Below are positions 33,780 to 46,320 of a DNA stretch of 64,000 nucleotides, one piece after another. The position numbers and the translations under genes are program-made. This stretch comes from Sphagnum compactum (taxonomy: Eukaryota). The DNA lies in contig OZ234494.1 in NCBI GenBank assembly GCA_965153455.1, forward strand, positions 3,100,001 to 3,164,000, given 5' to 3'. Numbering within the stretch: position 1 is the first letter of the stretch; every line of letters begins with the position of its first letter. The notes beneath the pieces were generated by a model that worked only from the letters and a program-made list of their open reading frames with translations, was not told the origin of the DNA and did no database searches.

Positions 33780-36700
33780 CTATGACTTTGTCACAGTAAC
33801 ATTCAAAATCTTCACATCCGTGTAAGGCTTGTCATTCTTGTCTGTTTTCACCTTCTCAATTGCCTGCAAGAAGCAAGTGATGATCACATCCTCAATTCTC
33901 AATTCAGGAGAAACATGGAATTTCATTCCAAACCTCTGCTGACGGGCATCAATCCATAGCACATAGCCAGGACACTTAGGGCAGAACAATCCATGGAAAT
34001 ACAGAAAATGACATCAAATCCAAATCCAGCTATGATTTGGCAGGATACCTCAAAACCCACCATTTTAGGGCTTCAGATAAAAACAATCAGGTTTTAAGCA
34101 AGCTCACCTGGACAACATCCATGCCCTTAGACACTCTGCCAAACACAGTATGCTTGTTATCCAGCCATGGTGTTGCAACAGTAGTTATGAAGAATTGAGA
34201 GCCATTTGTATTTGGCCCTGCGTTTGCCATGGAAAGAGTGAAGGGCCGATCGTGCCTTAAACTGCAACAACAAACACATCCCAATCCTGTCACTAAAAGA
34301 TGAGACCGTACATAAGACCATGGATGATATCATTCATATATCTTTTTTGATGTTGCAATAGGCAAATAGGAAATTACCTTTTGTGAAACTCGTCCTCAAA
34401 TTCACCACCCCAAACAGACTGCCCTCCAGTGCCATCGCCTAGAGGATCTCCTGTCTGAACCATGAAGCCCTTGATGACTCTGTGAAAGATAAGGTTATCA
34501 TAGTAGCCATTATGGCAGTGGGTTGTGAAATTCTCTACTGTTCTTGGGCACTCCTCAGGATACAAGCGCACATGAATATCTCCCAAAGTTGTATGCAAAA
34601 TCTGGAGATAGAAACCTGAATTAGTTAACTTCAAAACCTTCAGACCCATACGCAGCACCTTTACAAGCAGGAAGTTTATGGCAACATATTGAAGACAGAA
34701 AATGGGTCCATACCACATTCTCTGGTAAGGATGTTGTAGTTGCTTTGCCAATTTCAGAAATGGTCAAAAGCTCTTCAGGGGGTGGCTTCTCATTGAACAC
34801 ATCACGCCCTTTCGTAGCATCCTCAGCATCCTCAGGCTCTCTTCGACTGCTCAACACCATCCCATGGCATTAGAGATAACTGACTTGCGCAGTGAAATGA
34901 GTATATTGCTGTTCTTTGTTGAGTGAAGAATCTCAGGAAACCTAGGAAAATAGGACTCTGCCAGATCTAAACATCCTGGATGAATAAGCAAATCCATGGT
35001 TAAGATTGCTAGATCTATTTGAATCAATATAGGGACAGTCTTTTCACCCAGGCTGTTACCTAAAGAGATAGATCCGATGCTTTTTGAAGGCACAGCACAG
35101 CAGCGTTGGGTCTGAGAGGGGCTCACGCTGCTCATTTACATTAGCAGCAACAGCAGGGAGTTTCTTCACTTTTTTGCTGCTGAAGCCTCCTTGATACAGT
35201 GCAATCCTCAAGAACCGTTCTGTATTCTCCACTTTCCCAATAATCCTTGCTACTTTATTTGTATGCAAGTTTACCACCTGCACAAGTATAAAGCAGTTGT
35301 TAGATTACAAGAAGACAAAGGTGATAAAGGAAATATGAAAGTCCAACTAATCACTCTTCCATAAACTGGCATTTCAAGAAGTACGTACTACATTCTTACT
35401 AAAAACCACATTGATTGCCAGAAAAAGAGGCAGATATATTTTGCCTTGATTCCAAGGAGGGCAGGATACAATAAGAAGTTTGAGCTTTCATCAAACACAG
35501 CATTTGGTGAAGGAACACCATCAGTTTTCTCAATCTCTTTCTCAACAGCTATGCGGCGCCCGAAATCAATGGCATCCAATCTATACAAAGGCACATCACT
35601 CCGCTGGAGATCTTGTGCTACCTGCACACCTCCAATCATGAAGACCATGAGTAACACTATTCTTTACGGTCACCCATGTGTAGAGATCCATACATAGTAT
35701 AATTCTGGGATGGCTATACCTCAAGTGACTCATCATAAGTGCGACGTAGTCTTCCTGTTGCAAACCAGAACACACGAATCCGGCGGTCTGGTGACATAGT
35801 TACAAATTGCTTGCCATCAGTGCTAATCTGCATTCAGTCACCCAGTATTTGCTTGAGATTGGATTTCGTACATCTAATTGAGAGCAAGTGCCATTCTTAA
35901 AACAACATTTGCAATCATAGAACAGAGAACTCGACAGAATATACAACAAATAAGTGCAAGCCAAACCTCAAGAGAATAAACAGTTGTCCGGGCCTTTGCA
36001 AATGTGTAGAGGTCTGTGTCCATCTTGAATTTGAACTGCACACTATTCAAAACCCCCTTACTCATTCCATTTCCCATGACTGTACTAAATTGCACTCAAC
36101 TTCAGTTCAGAGCTTCTGCTCTCCATCAGCAAAAGAGTATACTTTGCATCTGATAAAATTGAACATTTGACCAGATTTTTGAACATGAGAGAGACCAGCT
36201 TCAAACAACTCTGTGCAACTTTAAAAGTGATTCGGTAATGGAAAGGAAAGTACCAGTGTGAGGGAAACTCAAGGGAGTTTGGGGACCAATATTCAATCAA
36301 ACCCTTGGCATCTGCGGACACAACAACATCACAAGCTGCATTGTATTTCATCACCCGTATGGGTGCCGACGAAATCTGCCACCCAACTCAGCAAGAACAA
36401 ACTCATTTTCAATACTGTTGATTAACCTTCAAAGCCACAAGGGGAACCAGCTTATTCAAAGCTCAGGCAACAGAAAGAGAGTGAGAGAATTGTATCTGTC
36501 CCATTTAGGATCCCACAGATAAGAGAAAATGAAGTACCTTCTTCGAGACAGATGGTTCATTGCTGTGTGCACATGCATCAAAGATGTGGACCATTGGAGT
36601 TGACAGCTCGCTTATAGCCAGCTTCGCTTTTGCATCCCCCTGCTTGCATACCCATTCAATCGCACCCGGTACAAAGGACAACCGCAGCATGGACATCATG

Positions 36701-37595
36701 TCGTAATTCACGACATCATAAACCTTAGCAGAGTTGTCATCTGATATCGTACAACACAGCAATCCATCTGGACTCACCTGCAGTTCCATTTCTTTGTCAA
36801 TCAGAGAGTTTTGTATTCTTTTTTTGAACAAGAAGCTGATAAGAGACATAACATGTGAGAAAGTAACAAAGACTAGGAGGAGGGACTCACTGCGAGGCCT
36901 TTGATGGGACCAAGGTGGGAACGAAAGTGCTTCACAAACTCAATGCCCAAACCCTTCTTCTTCCAGAACTTGAGATGACCTGCCGGGTTGTCAGGGCACA
37001 GTCTTTGATCAGGTTCAGCAAAAAGCAATACTGAAAGCTCCACAAAAATTATTTCTTCAAAAAAAAAATCCAATTCAGCCAAAGGAAGAAGAGGAGTGAA
37101 CTTACCATCACAACTGCCTGTCATGAAGAAGTCGGCACTGGAAACAGCAACGTGGGTGACAACATCCCGATGCATATAGCTCTTCTCGTACCTAAAACCC
37201 CGAGAAACCCCTTTCTCATGACATTAGTACAAGAGCATGAACAGCGGCTGCTCAAAATCTCTTCAATTGATCATCACTGTCCTCTGCGAATTGCCAATAA
37301 TTTTGGAGAGTCATGCCGACGGAGGCGAAAAAATAGGGCAAAGAAAAGAGGAAACCAGAGTTTAAACGTATGCCAAATCATGGAAGAGGAGGAAAGGCAA
37401 AAAAATCGCAGTACTGTAATGCACTTACATTTGAGCACTTGGTAATGAGTCGAGGAACGCCTTCTCAAATTCAAGCGGTCGTTTGTGACGAACAACCGGA
37501 ACTGGAGCTCCCGGCCCGACCAAAGGCCCTTCTTCATCACCACTATCCGGTATTTGGTTTCCTCCATTGTCGACATCGTCTTCTGCCAAACCCAT
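33780..37595 (-). CDS. CYP71: WD40-repeat cyclophilin (CYP71/PPWD1-type peptidyl-prolyl isomerase), about 13 exons
   Basis: Exon 1 (37595-37429) reads MGLAEDD...[19 protein letters not shown], then [14 protein letters not shown] and GHLKFWKK (WD40 region). The C-terminal cyclophilin motifs [39 protein letters not shown] and [12 protein letters not shown] follow; stop at 33782-33780. Confidence 0.95.
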
Positions 37596-37735
37596 CGATC
37601 TCTTCCTCGCCTACACACCAATAACTGCTTTATCCCACGTCCGTCACACGCTAAAACTCCACGAGATTCAAACTCAAATCGACCGAGACCGAGCCCAAAA
37701 CCACAAACCCAACAAACGCACAAGCCAGGAGCACC

Positions 37736-37760
37736 AAACCCTAATAGACCAAACCCTAAT
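37736..37760. promoter_or_regulatory. Two telo-box (AAACCCTA) motifs 5' of CYP71
   Basis: aaaccctaat at 37736 and 37751, about 150 bp upstream of the ATG; function is inferred only. Confidence 0.35.
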
Positions 37761-38849
37761 CGACTCGAGGGGTAAAATCACGTTATTAATATAAAATTTT
37801 ACCACAGTAAAAAAGTTACCAACTGTGTAGAATACTAATTGAGACTTTCTAGAGTGTAAAACACTCATTTTTTAACACTTGGACTTGAGTAACATTTCTC
37901 ACACTGGTATGTATTTGAGATTGAAGTTATTTTCATCAATTTTTGGATTATTTTTTAATTTTAATTTATTGTGTATGTGTACACATTAAGATTTTTTTAA
38001 ATGATTTTTTATTTTAGCTTTTTTTTAATTTGTCCTTGTATAATGGAAAATATAAAGATATGCCTAGTATAAAAATATGTATTAGGGTTAGGGTTCTTTT
38101 CTTCTTCTTTTTTCTTCTTTTTTTCTTTTTTTTTTTTTTTTTTTCCATGTGTATGTTAGATATGTATTTAAATTGAATCTTATATAAGATATATGTTAAG
38201 ACAATGTTCTAAAAGTAATCTCAACCAATTTTTTTGATTTTTTTTGTTTCGTATGTGATTTTCTTTTGTAGAATCATGGATGATGGAAGACCTTACATGT
38301 GGACACATTTCATGATGGAAGATGAGATGTTAACTTATGTTAACTATCCTTCCATTAGTGGAAGGATCTTCATCATTCATTGTTGTTGCACCTCCATTGG
38401 TGCAATTATCAATTGTAAAACAATGTCAAAAAAAAAAAAATTGGTGATGATGAAACAAATGTTCGAAGGAGATGGAGTGATGTGATGGAAATGCAAACTA
38501 CTTGGTGGAAAACATGAACAAATTTGTGAAATGTTCCATTAATGTTGAGAGACACAAACTATAATAGAAGGAAAGAATGACGACTTTGCTTATTGAATCC
38601 AATGAAAAATTGATCATCAAGCAAATGGAATTTGAGCTTCCAAGTTCAAACTTGAATTAGAATTATGTGCACAAGTTCAAACAACTCCAATTGATAATCA
38701 CCACAATGTTAGTGATATTCTACATGCTTTTAAGTGATTCAAATATTTGTAAGCATGTAATTTTGTATTAAAAAACAATACATTCACTTTTTTTTAAAAA
38801 TTCATCTGATCATTTTATTTCAAAGTTGCACAATGATTTTATTTTTTCA

Positions 38850-39800
38850 GTTTGTAAATTGCATGAATTAGAAGCCTTCCTTGCACACCTATGGTCCAAA
38901 TATTAGACCAATGTAATCAAATCGGCAAAATTGATAACATCCCAAAAGCATTCTCAATTCTAACCCTATCAACATTCATTTGTCAATCAAACATGATTTT
39001 ATCAATATTTCCACCAATTGGCTTAAAATTACACATAATGTAATCTCAACTTGCATAACCTACATCTCTAAGTAAATAAGGCTTAGTTTCCAAACCTTGA
39101 ACCATCACGATCAATTTCTTTCAAATTGATTGTGTTCGAAATTATTGATAAATAGAAGACACTTCAAATTGACCCGCATCCATCATTTCATCAGGAACCA
39201 AACAACATACATTTCAAAACAATTTGTCCATGTCGCAAATTGCTTGTAAAACAATTGAATTGCAATTTTTTTGTCTATGATAATTATATGCATGAACTAT
39301 AATAGCTCGTTTATTTGGCTTTTGGGAAAGAGGAATATATGACCCATTATTGGTGCCACAAACATTGAGTAGGCCACATGCATAAATTTTTTTTAAGGAA
39401 GCACAAACCATGAAGTATAGAAAAAATATATCAACTAAACAATGTATCTTTAAAAATTAAAACACAACAACAATGTCAACATACTTCTGCATAGAGAGGC
39501 TTCAACATTGAATCTAATAGCAATAATATTTGCAGTAATGCCATGTACAAATCAATATAACATGAACCCAATAGCTTTTATAGGTTCTAATAATGATGTA
39601 ACAAATATAATAACTTTAGATTTAACAAAATGTTCCAATTATTTTACCAAATACATAAATGTTCCATAAGTCATATGATATGCAAATAAATAATTTTTAT
39701 CTCTTATTTCCAAATTGGTGTGCCAAACAACTATTTCTACCAAATCTCAATGTGTAGATTATTTAGGTTCTTTCCACCACATTTAATATGGTCTAATCTT
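38850..39800 (-). mobile_element. Decayed PIF/Harbinger (DDE_Tnp_4/HARBI1-like) transposase
   Basis: Fragments GLLNVCGTNNGSYIPL, YNYHRQKNCNSIVLQAICD and KPYLLRDVGY resemble the GAIDGxHIP / SxxLQAxCD / YLLGDxGY motifs; many stops and frameshifts. Confidence 0.75.
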
Positions 39801-41199
39801 TTGGTCAGAAAGAAGAAGATAAATAATTAGCATTACATGGAAGATGAATAGTACTTCAAACTCAAAAAGTAAATTCCTCGTTTGAATCACTTTCTTCCTC
39901 TTATGACAATCAACTTTCAAAATTTCAACATGATCAAAAAACAAAAATACAAATGCCATTTGTCATTGAATTCATTTCAAACACCAACTTTGAAATTCAA
40001 ATATGAATAATGAAAAACTTGTTGCAAGTTTTACAATCACAAATCTAGAAATCACAAAATATTGAAAGCCCAAAAAACCAAAAAGCTCAAAATGCTAAAA
40101 CCCAAAAAAAAAAAAACCTTAAATTTAATTATATTGTAAAAATAATTAAACCCTAATATGGTTTAAATGGGTTTTAATATTTACCCCTCCTATTAAAAAA
40201 AGGTTTAAAAAAACTCAATATTTACCCATGCCTACATTTACCTAAACTGGAAGAGGTTGAAACTACCAACATGTGTTAAAAAAAGGATGTATTGTTTATG
40301 CCCTTGTCTTCTTGTTTACGGGCAAAACATGGGCAAAAGTGGGGGCTTAAATGTGCATGTGCCAAGGCCAAGAAAAAAACATTATTCATTCCAAAGGGTA
40401 TATTGTTTTCAAATACCATTTTCTCAATATTATATATTGTTTGTTTAAATAATATTTTTAAATTATAACACTTTGAGGATGTTATCTTTGGAATACTTAA
40501 ATAGTCAAACAAGAATCTCAAGCATGGAATATTTGTTTGGCTTAAGGTAGAAGCATAAGATTTTAATTTTCTCTAATATGTGATAATGTCAAATGTATAT
40601 TAATGAAAGCACTTAAGAAAAACACAATACAATTTTTTTAAAGGAATTGTGAAGCTAGCCTAAGTGGTTGGGCCTTATTGGTCTATGGTTGACAAATGCC
40701 ATCCTCTCATATTGAAAATTCAAAAATTAATCCACCCCATCAAATGCTCAGTAAAAATGTGGCTATGGTTTCTATTATTTGGTTAAATATTCATAGCTAC
40801 AAAATTATCTTTTATGTGAATTTTAATGATGAAAAAATGGTACTACAAATAAAAGGTTGGCAACCAAAAAGAAAACAAAATAGAAAATAGGGCATCCATG
40901 GACATAAAAGAGTAAATTTTTTGACTAGAAGCTACATCTCCAAGGGAGAATTGAACCTAAACCCAAATGGACCCTAAACCATGTGGCTAGAGATGGCTTA
41001 CAAAAACATATAACATAATTAACAATATATCAATAAATACATGCTACAAGGCACAATTGTAATGTATGTTGCATACAATGCCAAAACAAAATGTATGGGA
41101 ATGGAACAACAATGGAAAATTCATGTTGAAAGTTTTAAGTTGAAACCTATAGGTCAAGCAAGGAAAGCATGCAAAAAAGGATAAAATGAAAAGCTTTGA

Positions 41200-41850
41200 A
41201 AAATCTTGGTGTTTATTGCAAAAAAAACTATTGCTCTGCTATTTTTTAAACTTTTTTTTTGTGTCCATGTTTTGATCACAACAATAAATTGAAAGTTTTC
41301 TAATGTATAATTTTTTTGTGCATACATGTGCATGACCAAATCCAAATGTGTTGTGAACTAGTTTCTCAAAAAAATAAATTTGTGAAGGACAATGTAGATA
41401 AACATTTTTCATCTTCAACATCCCAAATACCATAGTTTTAGACACTCAAAAAACTTATGAAAAATAATCTAGTTGTTGGTTAATAATGTGCACAATTAAA
41501 AACACAAATTATAATCAGTGGGTGGCTTCCTAACTACAACCATATTTGACATCATTATTATTTTGGAAAAAGAGGTTTGTTCATCCAAGAAAGTCTCATC
41601 AAGGAGGGGAATGAAAACAAAATTGGCCATTATCTGTTTTCCATGATAAAAACGAGATTTCAAAATGTTAAGTTGAACCAAGAAAATATGCTTAACCTTT
41701 GGTTGCAACAAAAATTCAAGATTTATATGTAAGTGACATTCATGATTTTTAATGAAGGAAACTATGATCCAACTTTTCAATCAGCCCACAAGCAATGTCA
41801 CTTCTATTTTCATTATGGATAAACATCTATGATGAAATTATTTCAACTTA
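41200..41850 (-). mobile_element. Decayed hAT-like (ZNF862-type) transposase C-terminus
   Basis: Frameshifted remnant near the ERxFS/dimerisation region, followed by HLDLVMHMYAQKNYTLENFQFIVVIKTW. Confidence 0.5.
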
Positions 41851-42644
41851 TTTTAAATCGCTTGCAATTTTCAAAAGAGTAGTAAGTAAGTAACCCTAAA
41901 CCCCCAAGACCTCATAAGCCCTTAGATCACAAAAGACAACTAATGTTTGATCTCACAATCATAACATTGCATAACATTCATTAGTACAATTCCTACAATT
42001 ACTTCATTGTTTTTTAACCTTTTCCACATTTAAGAGCCAATCCACCCTTGAAACCCAACTCAAAACCTTAGTTGGTATGCATTTTTTATTTTGCGTATGT
42101 GTGTGTGCACGCACACGCAACCAAAGTAACGTAAAACAAATGTGTGTTTAATAACCCAACCACAATATAATGCATCATCAGAATGCTCCACAATGTCTAA
42201 GACTAACCCCCCACTTATAACCTTTATTATAGTTCCCCAAGAATGTCACCAAATGGAAAATCCCCCTTTCCTAGGTCCCAATAGTTGCCATATTTTTTAT
42301 ATGGGAATATTAAGAATTATTAAAACTATTGATTATTGGGCGATGTAGCTCATCAAACCAAAGCTCCAACTATTACAGAATAACAAGACAAGTGTATGTG
42401 ATTATCTAATATGAAGCGATGAAACTATTTCAACAAAAGGTGCAATCAACGATTAATCATTTTTAAAAAATGAATCATCCAAATCAAAGGTAAAAGTATG
42501 GCAAACAACCTTCTTTTTACTCACACACACACACACACAAAGTTATTGCCCTCCTTGCCTTCTTAAGGACTTAGCCATTCCTTCAATTAATGGCAACTAC
42601 CACCACTTAAATCCTACTTCTTCTCTCATGTCCTTATCTCCCCA

Positions 42645-43139
42645 CTAGTGGGTACCCGTGACGAAAATTCGTTGAAAAGTCCCCCATGGATCCCCCGCGA
42701 TCGATGGCTGGTGCGGGGAGACGGAGGATCCAGCGAGCGTGTGTCTCTCCACCACCACGACCCGCACCTGGTGCTGGAACATTTCAGGCCAGGTGCGGCT
42801 CATTTCGGGACCTCGTTTCTGTCATCTGGGGGGTTGCAGAATCGTGTCTCTCCGTCACCACGACCTGCACCTGGCGCTGGAACATTTCAGGCCAGGTGCG
42901 GCTCATTTCGGGACCTCGTTTCTGTCATCTGGGGGGTTGCAGAATCAGCCTCGCAGTTTTGGGACCTCGTTTCTGTCATCTGGGGGGTTGCAGAATCGAC
43001 CTCGCAGAGACTGTTAACGAGTCGGAATGGACAGGTCATTTGGGGGGTTGCAGAATCAGCCTCGCAGAGACTGTTAACGGGTCGGAATGGACAGGTTCAG
43101 ACAAACACACTGACAGACCAAGTGAATTAATATATAGGA
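42645..43139 (-). mobile_element. Non-autonomous Helitron (495 bp) with internal direct repeats
   Basis: On the minus strand it starts A|TCCTATATATTAA and ends ...ACGAATTTTCGTCACGGGTACCCACTAG|T. This gives TC/CTAG termini, an A|T target, a small subterminal hairpin and no TSD. It is a GC-rich island carrying 3-4 copies of gtcat(c/t)tggggggttgcagaatc. Confidence 0.75.
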
Positions 43140-45889
43140 TTGCTACTATATTGTCCCTGCACTACATAAGCAATAGGCAATAACTTACCTTAGTAAACTT
43201 TTGGTTACATGTTGTTTTGATTATTATAATAAATTTGTAGTAACTCCCTAAGATGAAGTCACTTTACAACCTTAATAGAAACCAAGGTTGTATGTGTATG
43301 TGAACCTTCTGAAACTTAGGTTTTATATACCCTCAAAGCCAAAACTAAGTGTGTTATTAGAATAACATTTTGTTTATATTATTTTGTTCCAACATTGATC
43401 ATTTTTTGTTCTTTTGTTTAGGGCTGCTATAACACCATGCAAGAACACAAAAGAACATTGTGAGGTCAACCCAAACCCTCCATCCTTATGGGTGAAAAAC
43501 ATGAAGTTGCCCCAAGATAAGAAGATGCCCCAAGTGGGGTAGCAATGCCAAATTCATGAACACAAAACTCAAGCAGAAGTGATGGCCCATGAGGTGCTTA
43601 GTAAGGAGCAATGAACTTTAGGAAAAACTCCATAAATTCTTATAAATGTAAAAAATCATGGTGCTTCTAATTTTGTTTCATGTGAAAATTGGAATGTGCA
43701 ATTAATAACTCATTTTCATTTTAGTTCAAATTTGTTTTTGTACATCAAATTCACAACCCAAATTGAGTTTGGACCCATGCATGGAATACAAAATACTTTG
43801 TGTTAGATCAAGTATTTGTTATGTTTTGATGTTATATCAACCCCACCCTTCTTTTGTCCCATATATGAGAAAAAAAAAACTTGGTGGGGTATTTTATTTA
43901 TTTATTGGTAATACCCAAAAATGAGTTAGACTTGTGAATATAATACTTGCATAGTAGAAATTGAAGATTTTAAAAATTTTGCATCTATATTTTTTTCAAA
44001 TTTCAAATTTAGTAAGGGGGAAGGAGGAATTAATGCTTGAAATGAAGCTCGTGGTTAAGAAATCCCTCTAATGCCCCCCATTATATTATTCCTAGAAGAC
44101 CATCCCCCTCCTCAAATTGTGATTCACATTCATATTATTATTGATTAATTAATTTCCATTGTAGTATAATAATTATTTAAATGATTAATAATAATTATTG
44201 ATTATTATAGATAATGGTAGTTATAGCAAGGGAAATAATAAGAAAAATAATCAAATAGGTAGCCAAAAATACTACCAAATAATAATTACTATTATTAGTT
44301 ACATTAACATTAGCTATGTAATATTATTATTGATGTTATTATTATTCTAACATTCATTATTATTATTATTATTATTACCTATTAGAAATTATTATTTAAA
44401 TTATTACAAAATATTTGCATATGAATTGAGACTAGTTTGTTCATATTTAAATTAATATTTCATACGTTGACTATAAAAAAAGATATAACAATATTGATTT
44501 AATGAAAATAATTCCTTTTAAAAAGATGTGTGAAATGTGGTAAAACTTAATCCCACAAGCATGGGTGACAACTCAACCATACAAAAATGGACATGATTAA
44601 AAACTTATGACATATGTGTGTATGATAATTATCATTTTCCATCATAAAAAATTTATAAAATGCAATACCTGCATATGGGGCCATGCTAAAAATTATAATG
44701 ACCACATAAGTTATTATTTAAACTACAAGATCGTTTTGAAATGTAATACTTGCATGCGATGCCATGCAAGGCATATTTTAAACATCATTGCAATACCTAC
44801 ATAGAGGTTTCCTTAACCCATAGTACATTAGGTTTAATAACATTACCTACATATAATCTTCCTAATACACATGAAAACATTAGTCTTCTTCGCTTGCACA
44901 ATACTTGCTTAACAAGACTTAACTAACATTGAAATTTTTCTCCAATTATAATACCCGCATCAACGACCTAAACCACCTTGTGTTAACTACAATACTTACA
45001 TCATGAATTTTTACCCACCTTATGTTAATCAGAATATTTGAATCTAGTGTTTTTAACACACATTGGAAAATCTACTATAACTACAATACCAACATTCATA
45101 TGAGGTAACCACAATACTTCCATAATCCCTTCGGATCTGCATTGCATAAATGCAATACCTACATTTAAACTTCCCAAATTCACTTGTTGATAAGCAATAT
45201 TTGAATAGAAACTTCCAAATTTTCATTGAAGACCTTCCCAATGTATACAATGCTTAAAATTATTGGGTATTGTTTATGTATTCTTAGTGATTATACATGA
45301 AATACAATGCCCATGAACTATGTATTATCTATTAGCTAAACTTTTATATGACATTGTAGGGTTCATGTTAACATAAAACACATGTCATACATTGGATTGT
45401 TAAGTACAAAATAATATGATTAACATTTGGTACACAATAGTAATGCAAAACATTAAATATAAATGAACAAACAAACAATTTAGAGGAATATGATGCCTAT
45501 TGGATGCAAAGATTGATATTTACTTGCGAGATCTTCTTTTGCAAAAATTTGTGTGTGTGAACATTGTTTTGTGCCAATCTTTCAACTTATGGATCAAATA
45601 TCCTAAACTGTCAACTACATGATGTAATGACATTTTTAAGGGCAGTGATTAATTCGCATTTACGAAACGAATGTTCTGAATTTATGATGCCACAACTTTC
45701 ATAATGAGGTGGCAAGGCCACAAATGTAACCCCTCCTTGTGTGCATTTTTCAATGATTTCTTGCATTGTGTGATGTAAATGATCAAGTGCTCCTTCCAAA
45801 GGAGTAATGGAATTAATGGAATACACTAATGACTACTTACATGTGGGAATAATAACTATGACACATTTTAAAGACACACAAGACCTAAT

Positions 45890-46320
45890 ACCCAACCTTG
45901 CAATAGTGAGTACATGCCAAATTAAAATGCACACTAAACCTAGGACCCAACCTTGCAATACTTGCATGTCAACCTTAAAACACAAATTGCACCTAGGACC
46001 TAAACTTGCAATATTTGCATGTTAATTTTAAATCACACATTGGACCTAAGACCCAACCTTGGAATACTTGCATGCCAAACTAAAATATACATTGGACCTA
46101 GGATTCAACCTTGTGATAGTTGTATGCCAACCTAAAATTCACATTTGTCATGGGAACTAACCTTGCAATGTCCATAGATGAACCTTAAACACACACTGAA
46201 CATGGGACCCATTCTTGCAATATCATGCAAATATTGACATTAACCCTTGGTATTTGATCATACAATACCCGCATGTTTAACTAAAACCTACATTGCACAT
46301 GGAACCCATGCATGCAATAC
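45890..46320. repeat. Degenerate ~52-bp minisatellite, about 8 copies
   Basis: Unit approximately aaccttgcaatacttgcatgccaacctaaaacacacattggacctaggaccc. Confidence 0.75.

Noticed and set aside
37274..37723. 149-aa ORF as the CYP71 N-terminus
   Set aside because: Wrong frame; the homologous exon 1 starts at ATG 37595 in another frame.
42648..43183. 160-165 aa ORFs and a repeat-spacer-like pattern in the GC-rich island
   Set aside because: The ORFs are by-products of GC-rich internal repeats of the Helitron. The intervening sequences are themselves repeated and there are no cas genes, so it is not a CRISPR array.
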